Source: an uncultured Bacilli bacterium (GTDB lineage: Bacteria > Bacillota_I > Bacilli_A > RF39 > UBA660). From it: a stretch of 40,296 bases of DNA. The first letter of the stretch is position 1. Each line of letters opens with the position of its first letter. Below the pieces are notes generated by a model. It did no database searches and was not told the origin of the DNA. It was given only the letters and a program-made list of their open reading frames with translations. Both the position numbers and the translations under genes were made by a program. Positions 1 to 10,296 of this stretch are shown piece after piece. The DNA is taken from contig CALVUV010000001.1 in assembly GCA_944363685.1 (NCBI GenBank), forward strand, positions 1-40,296. Direction: 5' to 3'.

Positions 1-56
1 ATCGTGTAACATAATAACACTCTCCTTACAACAATATATTACCTTAAATTAGAAAA

Positions 57-482
57 TTAAACAAGAATTTTCTTACTTTCTAAAAAGAAATAATCTTGAT
101 TTTTAAAATCAACAGCAAAATAAGTATTATTAATACTATTCAAAACATCTAAAAAGAAACAGTCATAATAATTAGTTCTAACTAGCATATAAGCACGTTT
201 TACCACTAAAGTACTGATCTCATCATGAGCAGGATTATTATAGTAATGTGTCTCTTTTTTCTTACTATAAGGTATACTCTGATGATATTTAACAAATAAA
301 TATCTATCTGTCTTATCTTTATCTATTTTCTTAGTTAATTGTCTAAAAAGACTATATCCATAATTTAATTCTTCTTTTTTTAAAGTATAAATCTGTTCAA
401 AGATATTATATAGTATACTAGGTTTATCCATATATAGATTCTTAAATTCATCTTTAAGTTCAAAAATAAAAAACTCTCTCAT
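57..482 (-). CDS. SirA/YneE-like small protein (sporulation inhibitor of replication family), tentative
   Basis: ORF 57..494. The preferred ATG at 482 is preceded by GGTGA. The N-terminal REFFIFELKDEFKNLY and C-terminal YFAVDFKNQ segments resemble Bacillus SirA as I recall it. Its position just downstream of tkt matches the Bacillus tkt-yneE(sirA) synteny. Confidence 0.45.
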   Translation of the reverse strand: MREFFIFELKDEFKNLYMDKPSILYNIFEQIYTLKKEELNYGYSLFRQLTKKIDKDKTDRYLFVKYHQSIPYSKKKETHYYNNPAHDEISTLVVKRAYMLVRTNYYDCFFLDVLNSINNTYFAVDFKNQDYFFLESKKILV

Positions 483-532
483 TATAATCACCATCTTAAC
501 TATAACAAGAAAGTTTAGAAAAATTTGTCGAA

Positions 533-2515
533 TTATTTAATTATCTCTTCTATTTTTAAAGCAATTTCTTCACTAGTAAAATGATACTTAGCATTTATAT
601 CATCACAAGATCCACTAGCACCAAAATTATCTACTGTAAACAAATAATTATCATTATAAGCAAAGCGATACCATGAATAAGCAGATGATTTTTCTATTAT
701 AAATTTCTTTATACCAATAGGTAGTAATTCTTCTTTTTCTTCATCACTTAATAGGTTAAATCTCTCAATACTTGGCATTGATACTATTCTAAAGTCATAA
801 CCTTTTTCAAATAAAGCATTAACTACTAGAAAAGCAAGATCTACTTCTTCTCCTGTTGCAATAATAACACCATCTAGTTTTCTTTCTTCTTGTTTTATAA
901 CATAAGCTCCCTTAGCTACATTAGGAACAGAAGATGTTTCTCTTATTTTAGTCTGATTACGTCCTAAAATAATACAAGCAGGTTTATTATTCTCAAAAAT
1001 AGTTTTATAAGTACCAATAACTTCATTACTATCACTCGGTCTAAATACATCCAAATTAGGTGTTGCCCTAAGTCCTACTAATTGTTCAACCGCTTGATGA
1101 GTTGGTCCATCCTCTCCTACAGTAATTGAATCATGAGTAAAGATATAAGTAACTGGTAAATTCATAAGACAAGATAATCTTAAAGCAGGTTTTAAATAGT
1201 CACTAAAGGTTAAATAAGTAGATACAAAAGGACGATAACCTGATAATGCAAGACCATTAGCAATAGATGCCATAGCTGCTTCTCTTACGCCAAAGAAGAT
1301 ATTTCTACCGTTATAATCATCTGAAGAAAAGTCTCCTTTATCTGTTAGATATGTTAGAGTTGAACTAGATAGATCTGCTGCTCCTCCAAATATTAATTTA
1401 CTAGAGTTAGCAAGAGAATTTAACACTTTACTACTAGCTTTTCTCAACGATTCAACTCTTTCTTCTGGATAAGCATAATCTAGACTAGTTAATTCTATCT
1501 TTTTATCATTAGAAATTATTGAATCTAATAACTCTTTAGTCTTATCATCAAGATTATTATATTTTTCATTAAATTCATCTTCTAAATTACTACATCTATC
1601 ATCTATAAGCTTTTGAAAATCTTCTAAAGCTTCATTAGATATTGTAAATGGTATATCTCTTAATCCTAACTCATTCTTAATACTAGTAATATCTTCATCA
1701 TCTAGTGGTTTACCATGAACTATATTTTTACCAGCATTACGAGAATATTTTCCTATTGTTGTCTTTACTTGAATTAAACTAGGCAAATCACTATTCTTAG
1801 CATCTTTAATTGCTTTATCAATCTCTTTAATATCATCACTAACAGTACTAACATTAAATCCCATAGCCTTAAATCTAGATTCTATATCATCAGTAAATGT
1901 TTTCTTAGTATCACTATCAAGACATACATGATTAGAGTCATATAAAAGTATTAAGTTATTAAGTTTAAGATTACCTGCAAGTGATAAGGCTTCATAACTA
2001 ACCCCTTCCATTAAATCTCCATCGCCACATAAACAATATACTTTATAGTCAATAATATTATTTTTCTTATCATTAATTAAAGCTTCTGTATGTTTTTCAG
2101 CGATAGCCATACCAACAGCCATGGCAACTCCTTGACCTAAAGGACCAGTTGTCGCATCAACTCCAGGTGTAACACCATATTCAGGATGACCTGGGGTAAT
2201 AGAATCTATTTTTCTAAAGTTCTTTAAATCATCTAGTTCTATATTAAATCCAGCCATTGCAAGAGTTGCATAAAGTAAAGCAGACCCATGTCCTGCGCTC
2301 ATAACAAACCTATCCCTATTAAAAAAGTTAGAGTTATCTTTAGAAAATCTTAAATGATGAGCATAAATAGTATAAATAATGGAAGCAGCCCCTAGAACAA
2401 TACCAGGATGCCCACTATTCGCTTCATGAATCATATCAATACCTAATCCTCTTATCTGATTAACAATCCTTTCTTCATTAATATTATCTTCACTACTTTT
2501 TGTAAAAGCTAGCAT
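533..2515 (-). CDS. tkt: transketolase
   Basis: 660-aa ORF with AAGGAG upstream. It has the N-terminal GHPG thiamine-diphosphate motif (NSGHPGIVLGAA), GDGDLMEGVS, and the C-terminal EDGPTHQ motif typical of transketolase. Confidence 0.95.
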   Translation of the reverse strand: MLAFTKSSEDNINEERIVNQIRGLGIDMIHEANSGHPGIVLGAASIIYTIYAHHLRFSKDNSNFFNRDRFVMSAGHGSALLYATLAMAGFNIELDDLKNFRKIDSITPGHPEYGVTPGVDATTGPLGQGVAMAVGMAIAEKHTEALINDKKNNIIDYKVYCLCGDGDLMEGVSYEALSLAGNLKLNNLILLYDSNHVCLDSDTKKTFTDDIESRFKAMGFNVSTVSDDIKEIDKAIKDAKNSDLPSLIQVKTTIGKYSRNAGKNIVHGKPLDDEDITSIKNELGLRDIPFTISNEALEDFQKLIDDRCSNLEDEFNEKYNNLDDKTKELLDSIISNDKKIELTSLDYAYPEERVESLRKASSKVLNSLANSSKLIFGGAADLSSSTLTYLTDKGDFSSDDYNGRNIFFGVREAAMASIANGLALSGYRPFVSTYLTFSDYLKPALRLSCLMNLPVTYIFTHDSITVGEDGPTHQAVEQLVGLRATPNLDVFRPSDSNEVIGTYKTIFENNKPACIILGRNQTKIRETSSVPNVAKGAYVIKQEERKLDGVIIATGEEVDLAFLVVNALFEKGYDFRIVSMPSIERFNLLSDEEKEELLPIGIKKFIIEKSSAYSWYRFAYNDNYLFTVDNFGASGSCDDINAKYHFTSEEIALKIEEIIK

Positions 2516-2576
2516 ATTATCACTCCTTAATTAATACTATCATATCATATTTAAGAATTAAGTCAAAAAAAGTTTA

Positions 2577-2605
2577 TTGATTATGTAAGGGAACTATGCT
2601 AAAAT
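2577..2605 (+). promoter_or_regulatory. sigma-A type promoter for tRNA-Thr
   Basis: TTGATT (2577-2582), a 17-nt spacer ending in TGC, then TAAAAT (2600-2605), about 12 nt upstream of the tRNA 5' end. Confidence 0.5.
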
Positions 2606-2617
2606 CTAGTTGTAGAT

Positions 2618-2691
2618 GCCGGTATAGTTTAGTGGTAAAACAGATCCTTGGTAAGGATCAGAGGTAAGTTCAATTCTTACTTCCGGCACCA
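2618..2691 (+). tRNA. tRNA-Thr (anticodon GGU), CCA encoded
   Basis: Cloverleaf folded by hand: acceptor GCCGGTA/TTCCGGC, D arm TAGTTTAGTGGTAAAA, anticodon stem GATCC/GGATC with loop TTGGTAA, T arm GTAAG-TTCAATT-CTTAC, and terminal ACCA. Confidence 0.9.
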
Positions 2692-2736
2692 GTAAGCAAT
2701 CTGTCCGAACTTTTATAGTTAAGGGCTTAAATATAC

Positions 2737-2770
2737 AAGTATCAATTTCTAAGGAAGTTGGTACTTTTTT
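2737..2770 (+). terminator. rho-independent terminator after tRNA-Thr
   Basis: Stem AAGTATCAA / TTGGTACTT (one G-T pair) followed by TTTTT. Confidence 0.5.
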
Positions 2771-2799
2771 AGTGTTTAAGAAAGAAAGGACAGGTTTAA

Positions 2800-3075
2800 A
2801 TGGTAAATATTATAAAGGAAAAATTGGAAATTGATAACGAATTAAAGAAAAAAATTGAATTTATATGTAGTTTTTGTAATACTACTCCAATTATTATTAA
2901 TGGTAATATAAGAAAAATTAATAAAACAAATTTAAATTATATTGAACCTCATAGAATAATTATTAAAGGTATTACATTTCTAGCATTTAATTATTCTAAT
3001 GAAATATTTGTTGAAAATTTATCTAAAAACATTAAATTATCAGATTTAGAGACCTATATAAAACAAATAAACTAA
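2800..3075 (+). CDS. hypothetical protein (91 aa), island cargo
   Basis: ORF with AAAGGA upstream of the ATG. No recognizable motif. Confidence 0.5.
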   Translation: MVNIIKEKLEIDNELKKKIEFICSFCNTTPIIINGNIRKINKTNLNYIEPHRIIIKGITFLAFNYSNEIFVENLSKNIKLSDLETYIKQIN

Positions 3076-3162
3076 TTATATATAAATATACCAACTTCTT
3101 CTAAAATCACCTTTAAATAGGCAAAAAATGGGAATTATGTCTTGATTTTGCATCAGAAAAAA

Positions 3163-3191
3163 TTGACACCTATAGGTTTTTATGATATAGT
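3163..3191 (+). promoter_or_regulatory. sigma-A type promoter for the 192-aa cargo gene
   Basis: TTGACA (3163-3168), a 17-nt spacer ending in TGA, then TATAGT (3186-3191). Confidence 0.5.
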
Positions 3192-3215
3192 AATCCTCAA
3201 TTTAAGGGGGATATT

Positions 3216-3794
3216 ATGGAAAAGAAAGATTCTTTATTAATGTTAAAATATATGATATCAGAGGGATTTAATCCTAACAATTATGAAAGAATATTAGAAT
3301 TATTACAATCGGCACCACTATCATTATCAAAAAATTTAACAGAGTATAATCCATATTTATTATCTAATAAAGTAGTTTATTCAGAATTAGATGAGTATGG
3401 TATTGATGGAGCATATGGTTATTTGGAAGATAGTGAAATTTTGGTTCCTAAATCAATTTATAATGATAATCATTTTTTATATTCACCAGTAAAAAGATTG
3501 TATCCAAAACATAGTTATGGTGCACCAACTATTGATGAATTTGGAACTGTTATCTTTTTGGAGGATACATTAGAGGCAAAAACTAATGAAATCTATAATG
3601 CTATTAAGAATAGTTTAAATTTCAAAGATTTATATTTTGGATTTATCACAGAAATGTATCCACAAATAGATTATGGCGATCAAAGATTAGTATATGTGTT
3701 CCACCAATTAATGAATCAGTCAGATGGTTATAAATTATCATATGAAACAATTAGTGAAGAAAATAAAAAACTATATTTAATTAAGAAGAAATAG
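3216..3794 (+). CDS. hypothetical protein (192 aa), island cargo
   Basis: ORF with a strong AAGGGGG ribosome-binding site, its own consensus-like promoter and a terminator. No recognizable motif. Confidence 0.6.
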   Translation: MEKKDSLLMLKYMISEGFNPNNYERILELLQSAPLSLSKNLTEYNPYLLSNKVVYSELDEYGIDGAYGYLEDSEILVPKSIYNDNHFLYSPVKRLYPKHSYGAPTIDEFGTVIFLEDTLEAKTNEIYNAIKNSLNFKDLYFGFITEMYPQIDYGDQRLVYVFHQLMNQSDGYKLSYETISEENKKLYLIKKK

Positions 3795-3799
3795 AGGTG

Positions 3800-5721
<1,922 letters not shown>

Positions 5722-5861
5722 CTTTTTCTAAAAAAGTTATAACAATCGTGGTAAGTTTTGTTTGCAAAGCAAATGAAATTAGCGATAGATTGTTTAAAAG
5801 TCTTATGTAGTTTTATTCCATTACGAAGTTTTGGAATATTACGAAATAAGACAGGTGGATT

Positions 5862-5931
5862 CTAAGGTTGCCTAAACCTTAGCCCCCATATTTTGATATA
5901 AACAACGTGCAATGTCAAAATATATAGGGGG
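5862..5931 (+). promoter_or_regulatory. candidate oriT (nested inverted repeats upstream of the relaxase gene)
   Basis: IR-a is CTAAGGTT-GCCTA-AACCTTAG (5862-5882). IR-b is CCCCCATATTTTGA ... TCAAAATATATAGGGGG (5883-5931), with loop AAACAACGTGCAATG. Its placement directly 5' of mob is typical of MobV oriT sites. Confidence 0.4.
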
Positions 5932-5940
5932 TTAGAGATT

Positions 5941-7359
5941 TTGACAAACCAAAATTACCCTACTATAAATAGTAGGACTCTTGTTTATAAAGGCGGTTAT
6001 AAAAATATGGATGATAAGGAAGAATTATCTTATTCGTTACATTTAAGTAATGATAAAAATAAATCAAAGAAAGCAAGAAGAAGTGTAAAAAATACTGAAA
6101 CTGGAACTACTTCTCTATCTAATAATGCAATACAAAATCATCAGCAATTATCAAAAGTTGATAAACATAATTTACGAAAATATGATGATGATAAAGAATT
6201 AATCTACACGATTAGAGGTACTTCATCTATTGTAGAAGATACTAAAAATTTGTATCTAGAATTGTTTGAAAATGCAAGAATTAAATACAACGAAAAACAA
6301 ACTAGAAATGATAGAAAGATAGAAAACTATTTTAATCATATCTCAAATGATAATAAAAGAGATCTTGCTTGTGAGATTATCATTGAACTTGGCGACATGG
6401 ATTTTTGGGTTGATAAAGATGATAAATTTAAGCATAAAATGATAGAAGTTTTTAGAGAACAAATAGCAGATTTAGAAGAAGTTGTACCTAACTTTAAAAT
6501 AGCAAATGCCACCATTCATTTTGATGAATCTAGTCCACATTTACATATTGTTGGAGTGCCTTTTAAAGATAGAATGAAAAATGGTATGGAAAAACAAGTT
6601 GGTAAATCCGATGTCTTTAATAAAATAAGTTTAGTCAATATTCAAGATAAAATGAGAGAATATTGTATTAATTCGTTCAATAGAATTTATCATTTAAACT
6701 ATACTCTTAAAATAAAAGAAGAAGGTAGAAATGTTGATATTAATGTTGCAAATATGAATGAATATAAAAATTTCAAACAAGAACAAGAAAAATACAAAAA
6801 ACAACTAAAAGAATTAAATAGTAAAGCAGATGAATTACAAAATAAATCTAATGAGATTAATGGTATTATTGATAATTTAAAACCTACTATTATGAATAAA
6901 AGTAATTACACTATTTCAAATGAAGATGTAGATAAAATCAAAAAATATATAGAACAAACCAATGATACTACTTCTAATTTAAGAGATGCAAATGATATAA
7001 ATATAGTCTTACAAAAATATGAAGATGATTTAAGAGAACATTCTAATGAAGTTATAAATTTAAAAAAGAAAATTAAAACTCGTGATGATAGAATTGAAGA
7101 ATTAGAATATGATTTAAATGATGCTAACGAAACTATTGATGAGTTAGAAGACAAGGTATCAGAACTTCAAAATATAGTTGACTACTTTAAAAAGTTATGG
7201 AAAAAGTTTATAGAATTTTTACAAAACAAATTCTTTTCTAATGATAAATATGATGACTTTATAAACGATTTATATGATGAAGATATACTTGATGACAATG
7301 ACATTGAGATGATACAAAATAACAAAAATAATGATAAAAGTGATGATTTTGAAAGATAA
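5941..7359 (+). CDS. mob: MobV-family (Mob_Pre) relaxase / plasmid recombination enzyme with a long coiled-coil C-terminus
   Basis: HFDESSPHLHIVGVP matches the MobV HxDExxPHxH metal-binding motif, and KHNLRKY matches the HxxR motif. The TTG at 5941 is preceded by AGGGGG. An alternative ATG lies at 6007. Confidence 0.8.
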   Translation: MTNQNYPTINSRTLVYKGGYKNMDDKEELSYSLHLSNDKNKSKKARRSVKNTETGTTSLSNNAIQNHQQLSKVDKHNLRKYDDDKELIYTIRGTSSIVEDTKNLYLELFENARIKYNEKQTRNDRKIENYFNHISNDNKRDLACEIIIELGDMDFWVDKDDKFKHKMIEVFREQIADLEEVVPNFKIANATIHFDESSPHLHIVGVPFKDRMKNGMEKQVGKSDVFNKISLVNIQDKMREYCINSFNRIYHLNYTLKIKEEGRNVDINVANMNEYKNFKQEQEKYKKQLKELNSKADELQNKSNEINGIIDNLKPTIMNKSNYTISNEDVDKIKKYIEQTNDTTSNLRDANDINIVLQKYEDDLREHSNEVINLKKKIKTRDDRIEELEYDLNDANETIDELEDKVSELQNIVDYFKKLWKKFIEFLQNKFFSNDKYDDFINDLYDEDILDDNDIEMIQNNKNNDKSDDFER

Positions 7360-7432
7360 TTGATAAAAATATGGTAAAATATATGTTAGATGGTTTAATA
7401 AGTTTAGTAAATTGTAGAAGGGATGGATATAG

Positions 7433-8269
7433 ATGGAAGAAATTGCTATTATTTCAGACATACATGGTAACTTAGAAGCATTACAAAAAGTCTTAGAAGA
7501 TATAGATAAAAGAAATATTAACCAAATAATTTGTCTAGGCGATATAATTGCTAAAGGAACTAATATGCATGAATGCTTAGAATTAGTAAAAAAAAGATGT
7601 AGCGTTATTATAAAGGGAAATTGTGAAGATTATTATTCTAGAAATGACATAGATATTAGTGAATTACCACAATCTAGTCAAATAAGAAGGAATTGGATAA
7701 GAGAAAAATTTAGTAATGAAGAATTATCTTATTTACAATCATTACCATTTTGTTATGAAATGTATATTAGTGGACGATTAGTAAGAATGCTTCATGCCCA
7801 TCCAAATGGAATAGATATTCATGTAGGGAATATTGATAAAATTGAAAATTTATATAGTATTTTTTTACCAAGTGAAAATACAATAACACAAGAAAAAGCA
7901 GATATAGTTTTATATGGACATTCTCATATGCAATATATGCAAAAATTATATAATAGAGTCTTAATTAATGTTGGTTCTGTTGGAAATTCTATTGATGTAT
8001 TTAGAAATGAAGAAAAGGATGCAAATATTAAAAACACCGTTAATGCAAATTATTTTATAATAAAAGGTAAAATGAATTCTAGAGATTATGATGTTTTTTC
8101 CTATGAATTTGTTAATATTCCATATGATATTGAAAAAGAAATTTCTAAAAATAAAGATAATGTTGATTTTGAAGATTATGAGGAAGAAATTAAATATGGA
8201 AGATATAGAGATATGCAAAAAGTTAAAAAAACTTTTAGTAACCGTGGAATAGACATTGATAAAATATAA
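7433..8269 (+). CDS. calcineurin-like metallophosphoesterase (YfcE/MJ0936-type) with a roughly 90-aa C-terminal extension
   Basis: Ordered MPE motifs are present: SDIHGN, LGDIIAKG, GNCE, HAHP, GHSHMQ, and a trailing VGSVGN segment. GAAGGGA ribosome-binding site. Confidence 0.8.
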   Translation: MEEIAIISDIHGNLEALQKVLEDIDKRNINQIICLGDIIAKGTNMHECLELVKKRCSVIIKGNCEDYYSRNDIDISELPQSSQIRRNWIREKFSNEELSYLQSLPFCYEMYISGRLVRMLHAHPNGIDIHVGNIDKIENLYSIFLPSENTITQEKADIVLYGHSHMQYMQKLYNRVLINVGSVGNSIDVFRNEEKDANIKNTVNANYFIIKGKMNSRDYDVFSYEFVNIPYDIEKEISKNKDNVDFEDYEEEIKYGRYRDMQKVKKTFSNRGIDIDKI

Positions 8270-8351
8270 ATAAGTGTTATAATTATATTAAGAAATTGAT
8301 ACAAATTTTGTATTGATTACTTACTTTAGCGAAAAAAAGTTTGAAATAACT

Positions 8352-8380
8352 TTCTTACTCGCACCAGATTTTGATATCAA
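8352..8380. repeat. second copy of the tRNA-3'-end-like motif, followed by a perfect 10-bp palindrome
   Basis: TTCTTACTCGCACCAGATT (8352-8370) shares TTCTTAC and GCACCAG with tRNA-Thr 2674-2692, and GCACCAGATT with 10287-10296. The palindrome TTGATATCAA (8371-8380) follows. Confidence 0.4.
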
Positions 8381-8474
8381 ACTTATACTTTTCAATTTTT
8401 CATAATAGTTGATTAGTTTGAGTTTTATTATTTAAAATAATATAATTTTTAGACTTTTTAGGGGGGGAGTAAAA

Positions 8475-9029
8475 ATGTTTGTACCACATAGTCCAGATAT
8501 GGTTTATGATGTAGAAAGGCATTCTGATAGATGTGTTTGTGGATGTTCTGCACTTGCCACTTGTCATGATTATAATAGTGTTAATTGTGGCTACTGTGAG
8601 AGCTGTGCTAAAAAAAGAACAGATTTTGTTAATGATATTACAGGTATAATATCAGTTGGTGAAGAAAACAGTTTTGAATATGCAATATTAGCCACAATTG
8701 AAAATATAAGGCAAAATATATTTAAAGAGAGATTTTATTATATGGTTGATAACTATTTTGGGCAACATCAAAATAATAGTGAATTTACTGAACCATATGA
8801 TGATGCATCCTTTATAGCAAAAATATATAGAGAAAAATATTGTATGATGCAAACTTTTATATCTAGTATTGTACTACAAAATGAAAATAAATTTTCTAAA
8901 TCAAGCAGGATTAAAAGAGTATTTTCTTATTATAAATCAGAATTAGAAGCTACAATAAAAAAAGATGAAGATATTCTAGAAAAATGGACTGCTAAGGCTG
9001 GAGGTTATTCTTATAAAAAAGCAAAATAA
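8475..9029 (+). CDS. hypothetical protein with a Cys-rich N-terminus (184 aa)
   Basis: Strong GGGGGGAG ribosome-binding site. The N-terminal segment CVCGCSALATCHDYNSVNCGYCESC holds 8 Cys in about 25 residues. Confidence 0.6.
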   Translation: MFVPHSPDMVYDVERHSDRCVCGCSALATCHDYNSVNCGYCESCAKKRTDFVNDITGIISVGEENSFEYAILATIENIRQNIFKERFYYMVDNYFGQHQNNSEFTEPYDDASFIAKIYREKYCMMQTFISSIVLQNENKFSKSSRIKRVFSYYKSELEATIKKDEDILEKWTAKAGGYSYKKAK

Positions 9030-9075
9030 CATGTTATTATCCTTTTCTCAGTGAAGAATACAAAAATATTAGAAA

Positions 9076-9113
9076 AAGAATACGACTACTTTAATTATTC
9101 GTATTCTTTTTTT
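9076..9113. terminator. bidirectional rho-independent terminator between convergent genes
   Basis: Stem AAGAATACG / CGTATTCTT, flanked by an A-run upstream and a T-run downstream. Confidence 0.6.
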
Positions 9114-9185
9114 ATATTAAACTTTTGAAAATTTAGAAACATACTCGCACATTGGCAAAAAACAACAATCATGTGTATTAAAATA

Positions 9186-9644
9186 TTATCTTGTTTTACC
9201 CTTAGAATATGGTTCATAAGATAAGTATTCTTCATTTTCATCTTTAATCCAATAACCAAATCTTCCAACTAACTTAACAGGTTTCTCTAAAGGTTTAAAA
9301 TCAAGATTTTTTGTATTTGAGGCTTTCGCTCCTTCAGCAAGTGATGCAGTAATATGAGGTGTTTTTAAAACAGATGGATTTTGTTCATCATAATTTATAT
9401 AATAATCTTTCAATTCATCAGGAAATGTTATTTCAAATCCACTATTTTGTCCATCATTACCATAACCTATAAGATATACTTCAAATGTTTTTCCTACTAT
9501 ATCATTAAAAATCTCATCAGTTGTTGGGTGATATTTAAAAGTACAATGTATTTCATCATCAACTCTAGCTAATTTTTCTGTTTCTAACGAATGTATCAAA
9601 TCGACCATATCTGCTTCAAAAAATATTCCTTCATAACTTAACAT
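9186..9644 (-). CDS. 2H-superfamily phosphoesterase-like protein (LigT/cyclic phosphodiesterase fold), 152 aa
   Basis: Two H-x-T-x motifs in hydrophobic context, at the spacing expected for 2H enzymes: EIHCTFKY (His33) and TPHITASL (His97). AGGGAGA ribosome-binding site. It lies 14 nt downstream of the HAD gene. Confidence 0.5.
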   Translation of the reverse strand: MLSYEGIFFEADMVDLIHSLETEKLARVDDEIHCTFKYHPTTDEIFNDIVGKTFEVYLIGYGNDGQNSGFEITFPDELKDYYINYDEQNPSVLKTPHITASLAEGAKASNTKNLDFKPLEKPVKLVGRFGYWIKDENEEYLSYEPYSKGKTR

Positions 9645-9658
9645 ATATATTTCTCCCT

Positions 9659-10117
9659 TTAATCTATTAATTCAGAATCTTGACATAATATTATGTTTTT
9701 CAAACCATCATGAACAGTTCTCAATGTTTCATTGTCATCATCAATAAAAATAATTTGTTCATCATTTTTTAAAGATTTTAAATAATTCAATTTTAATTCT
9801 TTTGATGAATAATGTGGATAACTTTCTTTTGGAATAATAGTTCTTTTATCTTTTTCAAAGAAAGGTGCATATTTATTTAACCACTCATTTTTTTCGCTTA
9901 CTTCATTATTAAATCTACAAACCGATAATATATGTAGTTCAACATTTTTCAAATTGCATAATTGACTTAATGTTTCAATATTTGTAGTTAAAGGTCTTTT
10001 ATTTACAAAATCAAGTGGTTTTCCAAAATCATAAGAAGCAATTACACCATCCATATCAACATAGATAATAGTTTTTTTATCTTCAGTTAATCTCTTTATC
10101 AATTCATAAAAATGCAT
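9659..10117 (-). CDS. HAD-superfamily 5'(3')-deoxyribonucleotidase-like (NT5C type) hydrolase
   Basis: HAD motif I IYVDMDGVIA and motif IV IFIDDD. Size and layout fit the NT5C family. Confidence 0.6.
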   Translation of the reverse strand: MHFYELIKRLTEDKKTIIYVDMDGVIASYDFGKPLDFVNKRPLTTNIETLSQLCNLKNVELHILSVCRFNNEVSEKNEWLNKYAPFFEKDKRTIIPKESYPHYSSKELKLNYLKSLKNDEQIIFIDDDNETLRTVHDGLKNIILCQDSELID

Positions 10118-10261
10118 ATAGCATACCCATTTCTTTAAAAATAAAAACTATATTAATTATATTACATTATAATCAAAATTTAAATAGAAACATTGATTTT
10201 TGCTATATGTAACACTATACTTTTATTAGTTAATAGTTATTACTAACTTTTTTTGTCCAAG

Positions 10262-10296
10262 AAGTTCTTCTACTTCTTACCTAACGGCACCAGATT
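10262..10296. repeat. degenerate copy of the tRNA-Thr 3' half (candidate distal att / displaced tRNA end)
   Basis: AAGTTC..TTCTTAC..CGGCACCAG (10262-10293) parallels tRNA-Thr 2666-2692 (AAGTTCAATTCTTACTTCCGGCACCAG). The downstream CGAACTTT also recurs after the tRNA. Confidence 0.4.

Larger units (their letters stand above)
8371..10293. mobile_element. recombinase-less distal module (possible cis-mobilizable remnant) between repeat copies 2 and 3
   Basis: Bounded by motif copies at 8352-8370 and 10262-10296. It holds three small genes with no housekeeping character. Confidence 0.3.

Noticed and set aside
8305-8325. Palindrome ATACAAA/TTTGTAT downstream of the metallophosphoesterase gene.
   Set aside because: A one-nucleotide loop makes it implausible as an RNA hairpin. 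It is too short and AT-rich to distinguish from chance, and no partner site was found.
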